A DNA stretch of 64,000 bases from Octopus sinensis (GCF_006345805.1 NC_043015.1:20708001-20772000); one strand, 5' to 3'; counted from the first letter of the stretch, positions 12,278 through 26,175 are shown. Made by a program: numbers and translations. The notes: generated by a model from the letters alone, not told the origin.

Positions 12278-12938
12278 TTTGGCGCAAGGCCAGGAATTTT
12301 AGGAGAGCGGTGAAAGTCGGTTACATCGGTCCCAGGGCTCAACTAGTACTTGTTTTATTGACCCGAAAGGATGAAAGGCAAAGTCGATCTCGGAGGCATT
12401 TGAACCCAGAACGTTAAGTCAAAAGGAAAGGCGTTAACCATTCTGTTGGCCCGCTGCCTGATGTTTCTGAAGTATTTATTTCTTTATTGCCCACAGGAGT
12501 GAGGGGGATAGACATAAAGGGGACAAATAAGGACAGAGAAAGGGATTAAGTCGATTACATCGACCCCAGTGCGTAAGTAGTACTTATTTAATCGACGCCG
12601 AAAGGATGAAAGACAAAGTCGACCTCGGCGGAATTGGAATTCAGAACATAACGGCAGACGAAATATCGCTAAGCATTTCGCCAGGCATGCTAAAGATTCT
12701 GCCAGCTCGACACACTTTGTTTCTGAAATATTCTTTTCTACTCTAGGCACAAGGCCTGAAATTTTGGGTCAGGGGCCAGTCGATTAGATCGAACCCAGTA
12801 CGCAACTGGTAACTAATTTATCGAATCCGAATGGATGAAAGGCAAAGGCGATCTCGGCGGAATTTGATCTCAGAACGTAAGGACAGACGAAATGCTGCTT
12901 AGCATTTTTCCCTGCGTGCTAACGATTCTGCCAGCTCG
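12278..12938 (-). mobile_element. Head-to-tail cluster of three SINE family A units
   Basis: Three successive reverse-complement cores (aaaggatgaaaggcaaagtcga). Confidence 0.9.
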
Positions 12939-13374
12939 AGACCCTTTGTTTGTTTCTCAAATAATGAATTATGAATGTAGCTATAAAACCTAAACAAATC
13001 TTAAAATACTCTTTGTTGTCTCGCAAATAAAGAAAAAGTAGAATGTAAAAGTTCTACAAATCAGTAAAATTAGATAAATTCATCAGTTATAGCCACGAGT
13101 CTCTTATACGTGTAATACATCATCTTCGACGGGTGGTTAGATACAACCTATTATGAATAGAAAACACTGAGTCTCATACGGTAATTGATGCAAAGAAGCG
13201 AAGATGATAAACGTAGACTAACACGGGCTAAACCCTATGAAGGAGGACGGCAGAGAAGGATGAGAGAAAAAATACCATTTTCCTCTATAGAAGCATAGTT
13301 TAACTCCTAGATATTGAACTCAGCACTGAAAGCCAAAGTATATATAATCTAAAATTTCATCAGCGCAGTTGGTT

Positions 13375-13688
13375 GGTGAAGACGTGTCGCTAAGCGGTTA
13401 GAATATTTGGTTCATGATCGTAAGGTCATGAGTTCGATTCCTGGTGGAGCGATGTGTCCTTGAGCAAGATTCTTTACTTCACGTGGCTCCAGTTCACTCA
13501 GCCAGCAAAAAATGAGTTGTACCTGTATATCAAAGGGCTAGACTTGTCACATTCTGTGTCACGTTGAATCTCCCTGAGAACTACATTAAATGTACGCATG
13601 TCTTTGGAGCACTCAGCCACTTGCACGTTAATTCTACGAGCAGGCTATTCCGTTAATCAGATCAACTAGAACCCTTGTCATCGTAAAA
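13375..13688 (+). mobile_element. tRNA-derived SINE family C
   Basis: A-box-like gtcgctaagcggtta, B-box gagttcgattcc, gtgtccttgagcaag box, and body cagccacttgcacgttaat. Resembles octopus OR-type SINEs from recall. Confidence 0.8.
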
Positions 13689-15026
13689 GTTTGCTGTTTA
13701 GATTAGGGTTGACTCTCATAAAACACATCTCAGCTATGACTCTCACGCCTTTTGAAGGAATACCGAAGATTGCTTTGCTGAAGATGTATCTCTTTACGAG
13801 AATGTTGTATGATTTAGAGAGATACTCTGCTACTGTAACTATTTGCTGTAATAACTTGTAGAATGTTCATCGCTCGTCCACTTAAAAGGATCAAAGAGAG
13901 GCGGTTGCATTCTAATTGCATTAGGTGTTAATTACTTCGTCTAAGACAGAAGTGCATCGCTGCTGAAAGAAGCTGCATCTGTTGCTAGTTCTGCTGTTGC
14001 TGCTGTTTAGGTTTAGTAAGGCAGGCCTGAGAAACAAAACACATCATTCAAATCTTTCTATCCGTGACAATCATGCTTGTGCTCTTTGAGATATATTAAT
14101 AGGAGTATAATATTCAGTTTGTCCTTTGTCAGTGCTACTTAGCATCCAGTAGATCCTGTTTGAACAACGCTATTATCAAAACCGCATTCCAGCAGTGGCC
14201 ATCATTTTGTTTTTTTTTTACAAATTTCAGCCAATATATTAGTGTATTTTAAGGTGCTAACTATAATTTAAGGGATATATGCCTGCTGTTTTTAGCAGTT
14301 TAGTCAACAACAATGAAACCACAAGTCAGTGTTACACACACACAATTCATAGGAATCAACAGAGGCTGTTCTGTATTCTTCAAACTGCTTTTAAATTTTA
14401 AGGCTTTTTTGCGCAGTAAAATCTCAAAGAATTTAAGTGTCGTGACAGCAAGACAACATTCGAAGCACGTGATCACTTTTGACCTCTGAGAGGTGAGGGT
14501 TCAAAATATTGACCTTCTAGAGATGACGAATCAAAATATTGATCCCTGATAAAGAGAAAAGGTATATATTCCCATTGATTCAACAAACCTCGCTACAAAC
14601 GTTCAACACCAGCAACATCTCTGCTGAAAACAATGACTACACAAGTTGCACTACGATTATTGAATGAGGAGAAATACATGATATTAATGTTATGATATTA
14701 TAGTGTTCATTACACTTACCAATATACGTGCTCCAGGTAATAAATGTGATCAAGCAGAGTGACCAAAGTCTCAAACAACACCAGATTGTAAACTGCTGCA
14801 TTCCTAAAGAAGAGAAACAAAAAAAGAGAAACATAAACAAACAGTTTGATAAATTCAATAAATAAGATGTAGTAAAAGAAATTGTATTGACAGAAATTAC
14901 GTCTACAACCGATTAGATTAATATGTAACAAGAGGAACGAAAAAAAAATAATAAAACGGAAAATAATGGAAAATAAAATGATAGACTTCCTAAACCTATC
15001 AAATAAATCTCCATGAAATAAAACGA

Positions 15027-15030
15027 ATGC

Positions 15031-15118
<88 letters not shown>

Positions 15119-15200
15119 TAATAACAACAACAACAACAACAACAATAATAATAATAATAATATTAATAATAATAATAAGAAGAAGAATAACGACAACAAC
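15027..15200. repeat. (TAA)n/(CAA)n microsatellite
   Basis: Direct reading. Confidence 0.96.
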
Positions 15201-15365
15201 AAAAACGCAGCACTAAATTGAACATCTAAATAATGGTAGTGGGTGTAAAAAAAGAAAAAAAGAAACAAGGAAATAAAGGATACAGGTGTTTCGAAGCGTC
15301 ATTTGCTTGTCTATTATCTATTCTGTGAGAATGTAGTAAATAACTAGACAAATCATTATTTCGCT

Positions 15366-15420
<55 letters not shown>

Positions 15421-15604
15421 TCTTTTATACGTTGCAGCCATAAGGCTGTGGTCATGCTGGAACACCGGCAGTGTATAAAAAATGACGAGCAGTCTTAATC
15501 GATTTTTGAACCTTACTGATTTCTTATCAGAGCTGTCTGCATCATTTTGACGAATTCCATACATATATACAAATACACGCGAGCACACACACATGCGCGC
15601 GCGA

Positions 15605-15635
<31 letters not shown>

Positions 15636-15776
15636 TACACACACACACACACCACACACATACACACACACACACATACACACACACACCACAGAACGCT
15701 TAAGAAGCAGATGTAAAATTAGCGATCATCAGACCAAGAGTCTATTTTTATGGTCACAGAATCTTTTTGTACAGCT

Positions 15777-15840
<64 letters not shown>

Positions 15841-16176
15841 CACACACACACACATACACACACACATTTACTTATAAACGTGCATCATATACATTTATGT
15901 ATATTTCATATCTATGCATTTTTCTGACCCAATCTATCTCGCTGTATATATATATGTATGTATGCCCCAGAAATTGCTTTGAAATTATAACGGGACAGTT
16001 TAATAGTCTTTCGAACCTCTGTCGAATGACGGAGAGATCGAAGGAATAAGAACTAGTCTCAAATATATTCAGTGCTGTGCCAATTCGTTCAACTAAAACT
16101 TTCCAAGGCATATCCCACCAAAGCGGCAGTCCAATAAGTGAAGTAATTCCGACATATATATATATATATACATATA

Positions 16177-16586
16177 CAGTATTCCCTCGCCATAACGCGG
16201 TTCAGCTATCGTGGTTTGTTATTTAAGCTTACGTTTTTCTGCCGAGTTCGACCTTGCCTTTCATCTTTTGGGAGTCGATAAAGTAAGTACCAATGAAACA
16301 CTGGGGTTGATGTAATCGACTCGTCTCCTCCTACAAAATCTCAAGGCCTTGCGCCTTCAATAGAAAGAATTGTTTAAGCTTACGTCGCTTCTTCTATGGG
16401 GTTGTTATGCATTTATAATTAAATATATATATAAAGAAAATGATATACCCCGAAATACAAAAAATATATACAAATTTTCAAAATAATAAAAAAAAAACCA
16501 TATAGTACAGTACTGTTTCTACTTCGCGGATTTTCACTTATCGCAGGGGTTTTGGAACGTAACATCCGCGACAGACTAATAAACTG
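16177..16586 (+). mobile_element. Tigger/pogo-like MITE, decayed, with SINE inside
   Basis: Left end TA|cagtattccctcgccataacgcggttc. Right end ttcgcggattttcacttatcgcagggg...atccgcga...actg. Both resemble Tigger-type termini. Confidence 0.6.
16235..16372 (+). mobile_element. 5'-truncated SINE family A with 13-bp TSD
   Basis: tttaagcttacgt at 16222-16234 and 16373-16385. Confidence 0.85.
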
Positions 16587-17109
16587 TCCTACTATATTGT
16601 TAAAACAATGTTGAAGGCCGGAGAACTGGAATAATACTTTCAATGTGTGATCTAGAAGTAAAATGAATGTTCTACGTTCAACTCCCTAGCCTAGCCGGTA
16701 AATAAAAATAGGTCATTGATACCAATTGAAATTGGGTTCTAAAGAACATTCTTATGACGAGAAATTACGGTGAAATATATGCTGGTGTTCCTTCTGAATA
16801 ATTCAAAGAGAATCAAATCAATTTCTTCTGAAAATAACTCGTGGCCAGGAAAAGATTGCACGTAGTACGTAGGTCTTTATAGGAGTTTTAGAGAGGGCAA
16901 AGATGTGTCATAGGTCTAACATATAGTTTATTTAGGACGTGATATCAAACTGTGGTCATGTTTTGAATTCTCAAAAGGGTTTAACATTTTATAAGAATTC
17001 ACCACGCAAAGAGTATTCTTTAAAGTATTAAAGCCCAATATAAATATATTAGTTACACACACATATTGTATATATATACACACACATACTAATCTCTCTC
17101 TTTCTCACA

Positions 17110-17231
<122 letters not shown>

Positions 17232-17399
17232 ACTCACACACATAAGAGAGCACTTTATTTTTGTTCGTTTGTGTTACTAATGTAGCTTTTAGCGTTTATT
17301 CTTTCCTAGCGTGTAAGCAGAGTTTTCTGGAACGAATTCAAATTGGAATATTAGAGAGAGGAATACCTGAATATTCCTCCCCCCACACACACATATACA

Positions 17400-17412
17400 C
17401 ACAAATATACAA

Positions 17413-17462
<50 letters not shown>

Positions 17463-17543
17463 TTATATATATATAAATATATATAAATATATATATATAG
17501 ATATACATATATATATATGTATATATATGTATATATGTATATA

Positions 17544-17602
<59 letters not shown>

Positions 17603-17693
17603 GCATATATATATGTATATATATATTTATACATATGTGTATGTATATATATGCGTATATATACAATATATATATATATATATGCGTATATAT

Positions 17694-17739
<46 letters not shown>

Positions 17740-17800
17740 TATATCTATATATATATATATATATTATATATATGTATATATATATACATATGCACATACA
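17400..17800. repeat. Long imperfect (TA)n tract
   Basis: Direct reading. Confidence 0.96.
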
Positions 17801-18134
17801 CACACAGAGAGACAGAGTGTGGGAGAGAGAGAGCATATGTATACGTGAAATATGGAGATTGTACTTGTACAAGGGTAATAACAAGAAAGGCCAACAACAA
17901 AGTCAGCTACAAGCAAAGCCTCTACTGTAGCAACTGGTACAGGAAGCCATACAATGAGAATATGAAATCTATTTGTGATATTAATAGGAATACGCTGAGA
18001 ATGAGATGAGATGGAATGAACGACGGTGAGAGACAGAAAAGAGACGAATATGAAAAAATATGTGCAATATATAAGTGAACGCTGTTCTTGGCGATGATGA
18101 TGACCGCGAAAGTAATAATAATAATATTAATGGT

Positions 18135-18344
18135 TCCGAATTTTGCCACAAGGGCAGCCATTTTGGATGACAGGATGTGTCGATTACATCGACCTCAGTA
18201 TTCAGCTGGTACTTAATTTATCGACCCCGAAAGGATGAAAGGCAAGATCGACCTCGGCGTAATTTAAACTCGGAACGTGGCGACTTGTGAAAAGCCGCTA
18301 AGCATTTTGCCCGGCGTGATAACGGTTCCACCTGCTCGCCACCT
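18135..18344 (-). mobile_element. SINE family A
   Basis: Reverse complement of head and core. Confidence 0.88.
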
Positions 18345-18910
18345 TAGCAACAACAATGACAGCAACAACAACAACAACTACAACAACAACAACAATAATA
18401 ACGCTATCAGCAACGATATAGCCGAACTGCCTAAAGGAAAGATGATGATGTCTGTGAAATATAAATATATGAGTTTGGCCAGACATCATTATTCAAGGAA
18501 TCAGAGAGAGAAAATATATAGAGCTGTTTTTAGACAGTTTTAATCCCAGAAGATAGAAAGCGTATATTCTTATTTCAAATGGACACATTTTATTGAGTAA
18601 CAGGTATGATAATGGAAGTACGTTTTATTTACGCTCTGAACCAGCACACGTCGTCCCGTCCTTGAGAGCTTGCAGCTAACTTAATGGTTATTTTTAATTT
18701 AAATTTGTAGAAGACTGTTGTTAGCCCCTCGCTTAACACATTTATATTTTGGATAATAAAATGACTGTGAGTGGCCAGCCCGTCTAACTCGAAGTAAAGA
18801 GCAGCATGAAGGTTAGCATGAAATAAGCTTACAGGTAATTTGACAGGTGTGCAAACGCGCGCGCTCACACACACGCACACACAAAGACACACACACACAC
18901 ACACACACAG

Positions 18911-18943
<33 letters not shown>

Positions 18944-18944
<1 letters not shown>

Positions 18945-19103
18945 GACTGGTTTTCTGGTAAGAAGTTTGCTTCCCAACTACATGGTTCTGGATTCAGTCC
19001 CACTGCGTGGCAACTTGGGCGAGTGTCTTCGACTATAGCTTCGGACCGGCCGAAGCCTTGTGAGTGGATTTGGTTTAAAATAAATCTCATCGGATATATG
19101 TGC

Positions 19104-19163
<60 letters not shown>

Positions 19164-19360
19164 CCCACCGCCACCTGACAACCAGTGTTTGTGTTTTTAC
19201 GTTTGAGCAACTTAATGATTCGGCAAAAAGAGTCCGATAGAATAAGTACCAGATCAAAAAAATAATAAAAAATGCACTGGGGTCGATTCATTGGACTAAA
19301 AATTCTTAAAGGTGGATCCCCAGCATGGGCGCAGTCTTATGACTGAAACAAGTAATAGAT
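18944..19360 (+). mobile_element. tRNA-derived SINE family B (CORE-like box), full length
   Basis: tggtaagaag...ggattcagtcccactgcgtggcaacttgggcgagtgtc. Internal (TG)n; tail gactgaaacaagtaa. Confidence 0.88.
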
Positions 19361-19527
19361 TAACACACACACACACATATCTGTAAGTTAATAAGATCAT
19401 GCATTGGAAAACGATGAAACATTTAAATATTAACTGATGATGTAACTCCATACATTTTATGAACTGGAATTTATTGATAACAATGAACTCCAGGCGAATT
19501 ATTATTTTGATTATATATATTCGCGCT

Positions 19528-19558
<31 letters not shown>

Positions 19559-19992
19559 AATGAAGAACGGGATGAGAGCGAGATGATTAAATGAAACCGG
19601 TGTAACAGATTTATCATCAAAGGTATTTTAGGGTTTCCGTTTACATTTTAATTCATTTGTACAACCAAATTTTGTAATGCATCGTTCTTCAAAGTATGAA
19701 ATTCCAGGTCCCTATAAAATCGAAAATTCTCTCAGCCTCTTCAACAACCTTATAATCTCCTTTCTTTCACATAACTTTAAACAATTTTGAAATGTTTGTA
19801 TTTCTTTTACTTCTCCTTGCGTTTCAATCCGACGACGAATACTAATCTCCATTAACACTGAAGCCTACCTCATCCATCTCAAATCTTTCCCATATTTCAT
19901 GTTGAAATTTGCCTGATCTAGCTTCCAACATACCGTACAATGTCATTCTAAAAATATACAATTATATCATCAAAATCTCAGAGCCATGATGT

Positions 19993-20385
19993 AATCGTTT
20001 CTATTCAAGGCACAAGGCTCAAAATTTTGAGGGAGGGGGTCCAGTCGATTAGATTGATCCCCCAGTACGCAACTGGTACTTGATTTATTGAAGCCGAATG
20101 TATGAAAAGCAAAATCGACCTCTGTGGAATTTGAACTCAGAATGTAATGGCAGACGAAATACCTATTTCTTTACTACCCACAAGGGGCTAAACACAGAGA
20201 GGACAGACAAACGGATTAAGACGATTATATCGACCGCAGTGCGTAACTGGTACTTAATTTATCGACCCTGAAAGGATGAAAGGCAAAGTCAACCTCGGCA
20301 GAATTTTAACTCAGAACGTAGCGGCAGATGAAATACCGCTAAACATTTCACCCGGCGTGCTGACGTTTCTGCCAGCTCGCTGCCT
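19993..20385 (-). mobile_element. SINE family A, dimeric form
   Basis: Same aagaaataggtatttc dimer junction as 1165-1555. Confidence 0.92.
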
Positions 20386-20397
20386 TAGATTACAGAA

Positions 20398-20608
20398 ATA
20401 TTCTTTTCTACTCTAGGCACAAGGCTCGAAATTTTGGGGGAAGGAGGACAGTCGATTAGATCGACCCCATTACAAGACTGGTACTTAATCGACCCCATTA
20501 CAAGACTGGTACTTAATCGACCCATAAAGGATGAAAGGCAAAGTCAGAATTTGAACTGAGAACGAAGCATTTCGCCTAACGTGCTAACGATTCTGCCAGC
20601 TAGCCGCC
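20398..20608 (-). mobile_element. SINE family A with internal ~28-bp tandem duplication
   Basis: atcgaccccattacaagactggtactta occurs twice at about 20460-20517. Confidence 0.88.
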
Positions 20609-21282
20609 TTTGAGCCATGGAATAATGCATGATTAATTCAAACAATGGATATAAATTCAGAATAGTCTAAATGTCAAAGTGTTAAAACGGTGGTGACTTT
20701 ACTGTCATTTAGTTGTTATTTCTAGTGAGTCGAAGGACTACTGAGAGAGTACCTCTTTGATGCTTTGATATTTGATATTTATTGTATTTACAGAATGTCA
20801 GTGGAGAATACGACAATTGGAGTTATGGAGGGAAGCGTACTATTAAGTTAGTGGTTTGTCTTTGATGAAATATTGGATACAATTGATAAATGTTCAATAT
20901 GAGAAGTTGCCAAGTCTGCAACCAAAATAGACATTATAGAAAAGTTAAGTTAGTGTTAAATTATTTAATGGATGGTTCATTAAAATAACGCTGCTTCATT
21001 AAAAGAATAAGCGAAGTAGAAGTAAATAAATAATGATAGTCAAAATACCTATGAAGAAAAATGTAAAACGAAAAAAGTAAAAGTGAATATATGCTGAGTC
21101 TTTCTAAAGTGCTTGTGAAATATTAAATTTTAAATATCAAATTTTTGACACTTTTGCACTATGTATGGTAGAATTAATCTTGAAAGAATATTTATAAACC
21201 TGATGTCTCTATTTTTCTGTCTTTCATGAAAATTTTTTAAGAGTATTTTTTTAAAATTTTTATATGAAACAATAATTAAATT

Positions 21283-21450
21283 TTATTTTATGAGGACATG
21301 TGAAGTCTACTGGTTACTTAAGCTGGTTCTAAAGATAAATTTGTTGGCTACGATAATAACTAATGCGTTTCTGTCTATAATTGGAAATCAGCTACGAAAC
21401 TTCAGAATTTGTCACATGCTCTCTGTTACTATATGACTTCCCAATTTTAA
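21283..21450 (+). mobile_element. Tc1/mariner transposase C-terminal remnant
   Basis: LNFIL*GHVKSTGY resembles the mariner PLDFFLWGxVKSxVY motif. Confidence 0.35.
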
Positions 21451-21519
21451 GACAGCAAGTTGAGATTTGAGACAAGACCGCGCAGCTATATCAAAAAAGA
21501 TCGGACTGATCTCAGAGCA

Positions 21520-21715
21520 GTGGTATTGGGGTTCAAACTCCGTCGAGACTGTGTATTTCATCTTTTAGTGGTTGAGGAAATGTAATCGACTAGCCCTCCC
21601 CTCAAAGATTTCAAGCCTTGTGCCTTTAGTAAAAAAGATTATTATTATTATTAAAGAAAAGAGGACAAGCTGGTAGAATCTTCAGCGCCTCGAACAGGAT
21701 ATTTAGTAGTTTCCA
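21520..21715 (+). mobile_element. Decayed SINE family A units around (TTA)n
   Basis: ggttcaaactcc, short tail gccttgtgcctttagtaaaaaagattatt, then a second decayed head. Confidence 0.7.
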
Positions 21716-21731
21716 TTTGAAACTACGTAGA

Positions 21732-22352
21732 CCATAATTCATGGCCAAGTCCTGCTACTTTGCTATTTCTTCTATACCTCCCATATTGATTTTTTTCATC
21801 ATTTGGGACCTTAAAGTCAATTATCTGGCACGTTCAATTCTCTTTGTCTACAATTACTAAATCAGGCCTTCTAGATTCTATTAGTCTGTAAGTCCGAATG
21901 TTAAAGTCCCACATCTTGTATTTCTTACTTTCTAGTACTTTACTAGGTTCATGTTTATATTCAAACCCTAGCTTTCTTCAGAAATCCTAGTGGATTACTC
22001 TCCCTATGTAGTCATGTATTTTCTTGTATTCGTTCTATGCAAGCATTCTACATCGACATAATATATTAGTTACACTTTGCTCTTTTGACTTGCATGATCT
22101 ACATCAAGAATCTAGTTGATTTTTATTCATCTTTGCTTTTATCCAATTAGTCATTAATGCCTGATCTTTTGCTGTTTCTAACAAACATTCTCTCTCTCTT
22201 TTCAGCCTTCCATTCTCCAACCATATTCATGTCTCACTACAACCATTTGCTGCAACTATCTTTGGGAATCTACCATGCAAAGCCTTCTCCTGCGAGTTAG
22301 AAAACCTCTATCCTCTTTTCTGATGTCTAACTTCGTTTCATTCTCTGGTTTC
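21732..22352 (-). mobile_element. R4/Dong-clade non-LTR retrotransposon fragment (zinc knuckle + RLE endonuclease), pseudogenised
   Basis: Translates with stops and frameshifts to QEKALHGRFP...CRSCKSKEQSV...HEPSKVLE..YKMWDFNIRTYRLIESRRPDLVIVDK..CQIIDFKVP, a PD-(D/E)xK RLE motif. Abuts (TAA)n. Confidence 0.88.
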
Positions 22353-22368
22353 ATTATTATTATTATTA

Positions 22369-22412
<44 letters not shown>

Positions 22413-22413
<1 letters not shown>

Positions 22414-22630
22414 GTGGCGAGCTGACAGAGTCGTTAGCATGCCGGGGAAAATGCTTAGCGGCATTTCTTCCGTTTTTACGCTGTGAGTTCAAATTCCGCT
22501 GAGGTCGGCTTTGCCTTTGATCCTTTCGGGGTCGATAAATTAAATACCATTGAATTAAATACCACTGAGCCCGATGCAATAGACTCTCCTTTCCCCAAAA
22601 ATTTCAAACCTTGTGCCTATAGAAGAAAGG

Positions 22631-22632
<2 letters not shown>
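22413..22632 (+). mobile_element. SINE family A flanked on both sides by (TTA)n
   Basis: Head, core and short tail; (TTA)n at 22352-22412 and 22632-22722. Confidence 0.9.
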
Positions 22633-22706
<74 letters not shown>

Positions 22707-23104
22707 TATTATTATTATTATTTAATAGTAGTAATATTATTTTGTTTGCTTGTTGTATTATGTCTGTTCTAGGTTTTAAGTATTGTCGTTATCGGCGGCG
22801 GTCGTGGTAGTATTGCAAGTGTTTTCGTCTGTGGTGTAGAAGTGGTGGTGTGGTTGGCTATGGAATTGTGGGAGTAGTGGTCATTGTTGGTTTTATTATT
22901 GCGGTGATGATGTGGGTGATGATGATAATGTTTATCCCCTAGTGAACCCTGTTCAAGCAGGCCTATGATCAAAAATATATTCTTTCTAAGAGTATCAAGG
23001 ACTACATTATCAAATTTGACATTTTCCTTTAGAAAAAAATCCGTTGATTTATAGAATGGTAGACACATAAGAATAGACAAGTGAGTGAATTGTTTGGGGA
23101 GAGG

Positions 23105-23135
<31 letters not shown>

Positions 23136-23419
23136 GGAACGAAAGAGAGAGATACAGACAGGCCAATAGATATAGAGATGGGAAGTAACAGGCTGTAACT
23201 ACAACTGATGTAGTAGTAGTAGTAGTAGTAGTAGTGTGTATATTTGTATGTTTATGTATGTGAATGTTTGTAAGCGTGTGTCTATGACGGACACACGGAA
23301 TCGAACATTGTTGGAAGCATTTAGTGTGGCTGCATGTGCTTGTGTTTGCGCGTGTATATAGAGAAACGTATCGAATACTTATGTATACGATTCATACACA
23401 TTTATACAATATTTCCTCC

Positions 23420-23524
<105 letters not shown>

Positions 23525-23705
23525 AAATATATATTATTTATATGGGGGCGTGTGTGTCTAAGTATTAGTATGTGTATACAAATATATGTATCTAAGAATA
23601 CAAGCATAGCTTTAAAATTTGCACACATAATCTGTCTCTCTCTCTCATATATATATATATGTATATATGTATATGTACACACACAAACAAACACACACAC
23701 ACACA

Positions 23706-23763
<58 letters not shown>

Positions 23764-24749
23764 ACATACACCCTGTAGAGCAGTACACAAACGCTCTCTT
23801 CGTAGTAGTTTGTAAAGATAATAACCCCTGAAGTCATATACATTTATCTGTGACAATCATAATCAATTTGCTTTTGAAAAAGAGAGTAAGATAAAAAAAA
23901 GAAATAAAATAAAAGAACAACGCTTTTTGTCTGCTGGAATTTATTTTCCATTTACGCATATATAATGTGTATTGGGAGTTTATATTGTAAATAGGCATCT
24001 AGTGTCATCTTGCGGCACGTTTTAGGAAGTACCATTGCAATAGTCATGTGTGATGTAGCATCTTGTTTGTAAATCATTCCTGAAAATGATGGAGGGAAAC
24101 TGGAAAAATTTGCAAAGTGTAGGAGGGAACACCGTTTCGGTAGCTTTATTCTGTTGAAAATGACACTTCTTGAAAACAAGGGAAATGCTTGCAGGACTGA
24201 GAGAGTTCTTTACCAATTGGTGATCTGTAAGGATGCTTTTTCTCTAAGACTAATACTGAGATTTATCAATGTAAAGGCACTATGACACAACACAAAAATA
24301 ACTTGAGAAATTACACACAAAAAAAAAAAAATTGAAGATATTTATGTTGCAAGAAGCATGGCTTCATAATAGGATTCTTGCAATTATTCTAAGTTTTATT
24401 TTTCTTCTAAATTCATTAGTGTATTAGTAATAAATTAATAGCCATCAAGTGTTGAAAAAGGTCCCCGATTTTACACCTTACACACACAGATACAACAGGA
24501 AACATTGTGTTGCTGGATGTACAATTGAGAGCTTTGTGAAATCCATAATGGAAGAAAAATATCAGTGATTTTCTGTTTGCTTCATGATTTAACTAATATC
24601 TTAGAATCCTCTCAAGTACAGCAGAAGAAGATTATATATTCAACGAGGAGAGAAAAAAGAAATATGGTATAAAAACGATCATCGACCATATAATGTAATG
24701 GAAAAATTTGGTTTTGTGTCCAATGAAAACTGCATTTTTCAGAATTAAT

Positions 24750-25200
24750 CAGCAGTAAACGTTCCACATTGAATTAAAACTAAATATGTTCCGATTTGGA
24801 TTAGAAATATGCATTTGGCACTGAATGAGGTGTGAATATTTTACATTGAATAAAAATTGAATGGTTTACATTGAAGGAAAAGCAAACATTTCACAGTGAG
24901 TTGCAATCAAACATTTAAATAAGTGACAAGCATATGTCTCATATTGAACCACAAGCAAGTATTTCACATTTTATGCCAACTACACATTTCAATGCGGATG
25001 AGAAGTAAACATCTCACATTGAAAGATATGCTAGCTTTTCACGTTTAGAGTTAGGGATAAGCAAGCGTTTCACAGCGATTAAGAAGTATATAATTCAAAT
25101 GATAAGTAAACGTTTCACATCGCATAGACCCAAAAATAAATAAATAAAAAAACATTTCACGTTGAACTAAAATTAAATATTTCACCATTCAGTGAAACCT
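24750..25200. repeat. Cryptic degenerate 25-bp-period minisatellite (core AAACATTTCACATTGAA)
   Basis: CATTGAA-like anchors at 24819, 24844, 24869, 24894, 24942, 24967, 25017 and 25042. Confidence 0.75.
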
Positions 25201-25929
25201 AAGCAGTTACAAATACATTTTTCCCGTAGCCTGCTGCCGATCGATAGAATGAAAGAGCCAAACAAATATTATATGAATATCTAACAAATACGTATCTGAG
25301 TCTTTAATGAATACGCTCTAATATCATGAACATAGATACAATGTTGGAAGTAGATCCAAATGGATAAGCACTGCAGAACCTCCCGTAAAAAAATTATACA
25401 CTTAGTACGATTGATAAAAATGCTTAACTAGGGATAACAGAGATAAGGATCTATTTGTGTAACAGGCCCCATCAATCAATTTCAAGATACTTCTGGTTAA
25501 AAATAAGATTTGATCTGCTTGCAGAATGAATTAACAACTCATATCATTCCTATAGTTTGTTCGACTATCAATCATTACAACTCACACAGCTGCGCACGTG
25601 CATGTGTGTACATGTGTGCGCATGCGTGTACCAATGTGTTAGGCACAAAATGGCCGAATAGTTTAGAAGTTCGCTTCGCAAATACTATGTCCCCGACTCG
25701 GTTTTAATTGCGTCGCGTCTTGGGTAAATATTTTCTATATCTTCGAGTGAACCGATTCCTTTAGAGTGATAGCGGAGAGACGAAGCGTGTATAGAAGCTT
25801 GTCAAGTGATTTACCAGAGAATTGTGTTAAGAGTAATAACATGTCTTTCGAAGACTCACTTTCACGTTTATTCAGGGGTAGATAATTCAGTAGATCAGAT
25901 ATCTGAATCCTCATAGACCATCGACAGAA

Positions 25930-26175
<246 letters not shown>

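Noticed and set aside
13375-13450. Possible tRNA gene (also 43225-43299, 53611-53682)
   Set aside because: No paired acceptor stem or Pol III terminator; each continues into a SINE body.
13775-13810. ctgaaga-t-gta...tac-gagaatgtt hammerhead-like string
   Set aside because: Core disrupted (GAGAA) and no stem I.
24750-25200. CRISPR-like or C2H2 zinc-finger array interpretation
   Set aside because: Eukaryotic context, repeats too degenerate, spacers only about 8 nt, no cas genes; a 25-bp period is incompatible with 84-bp zinc-finger units.
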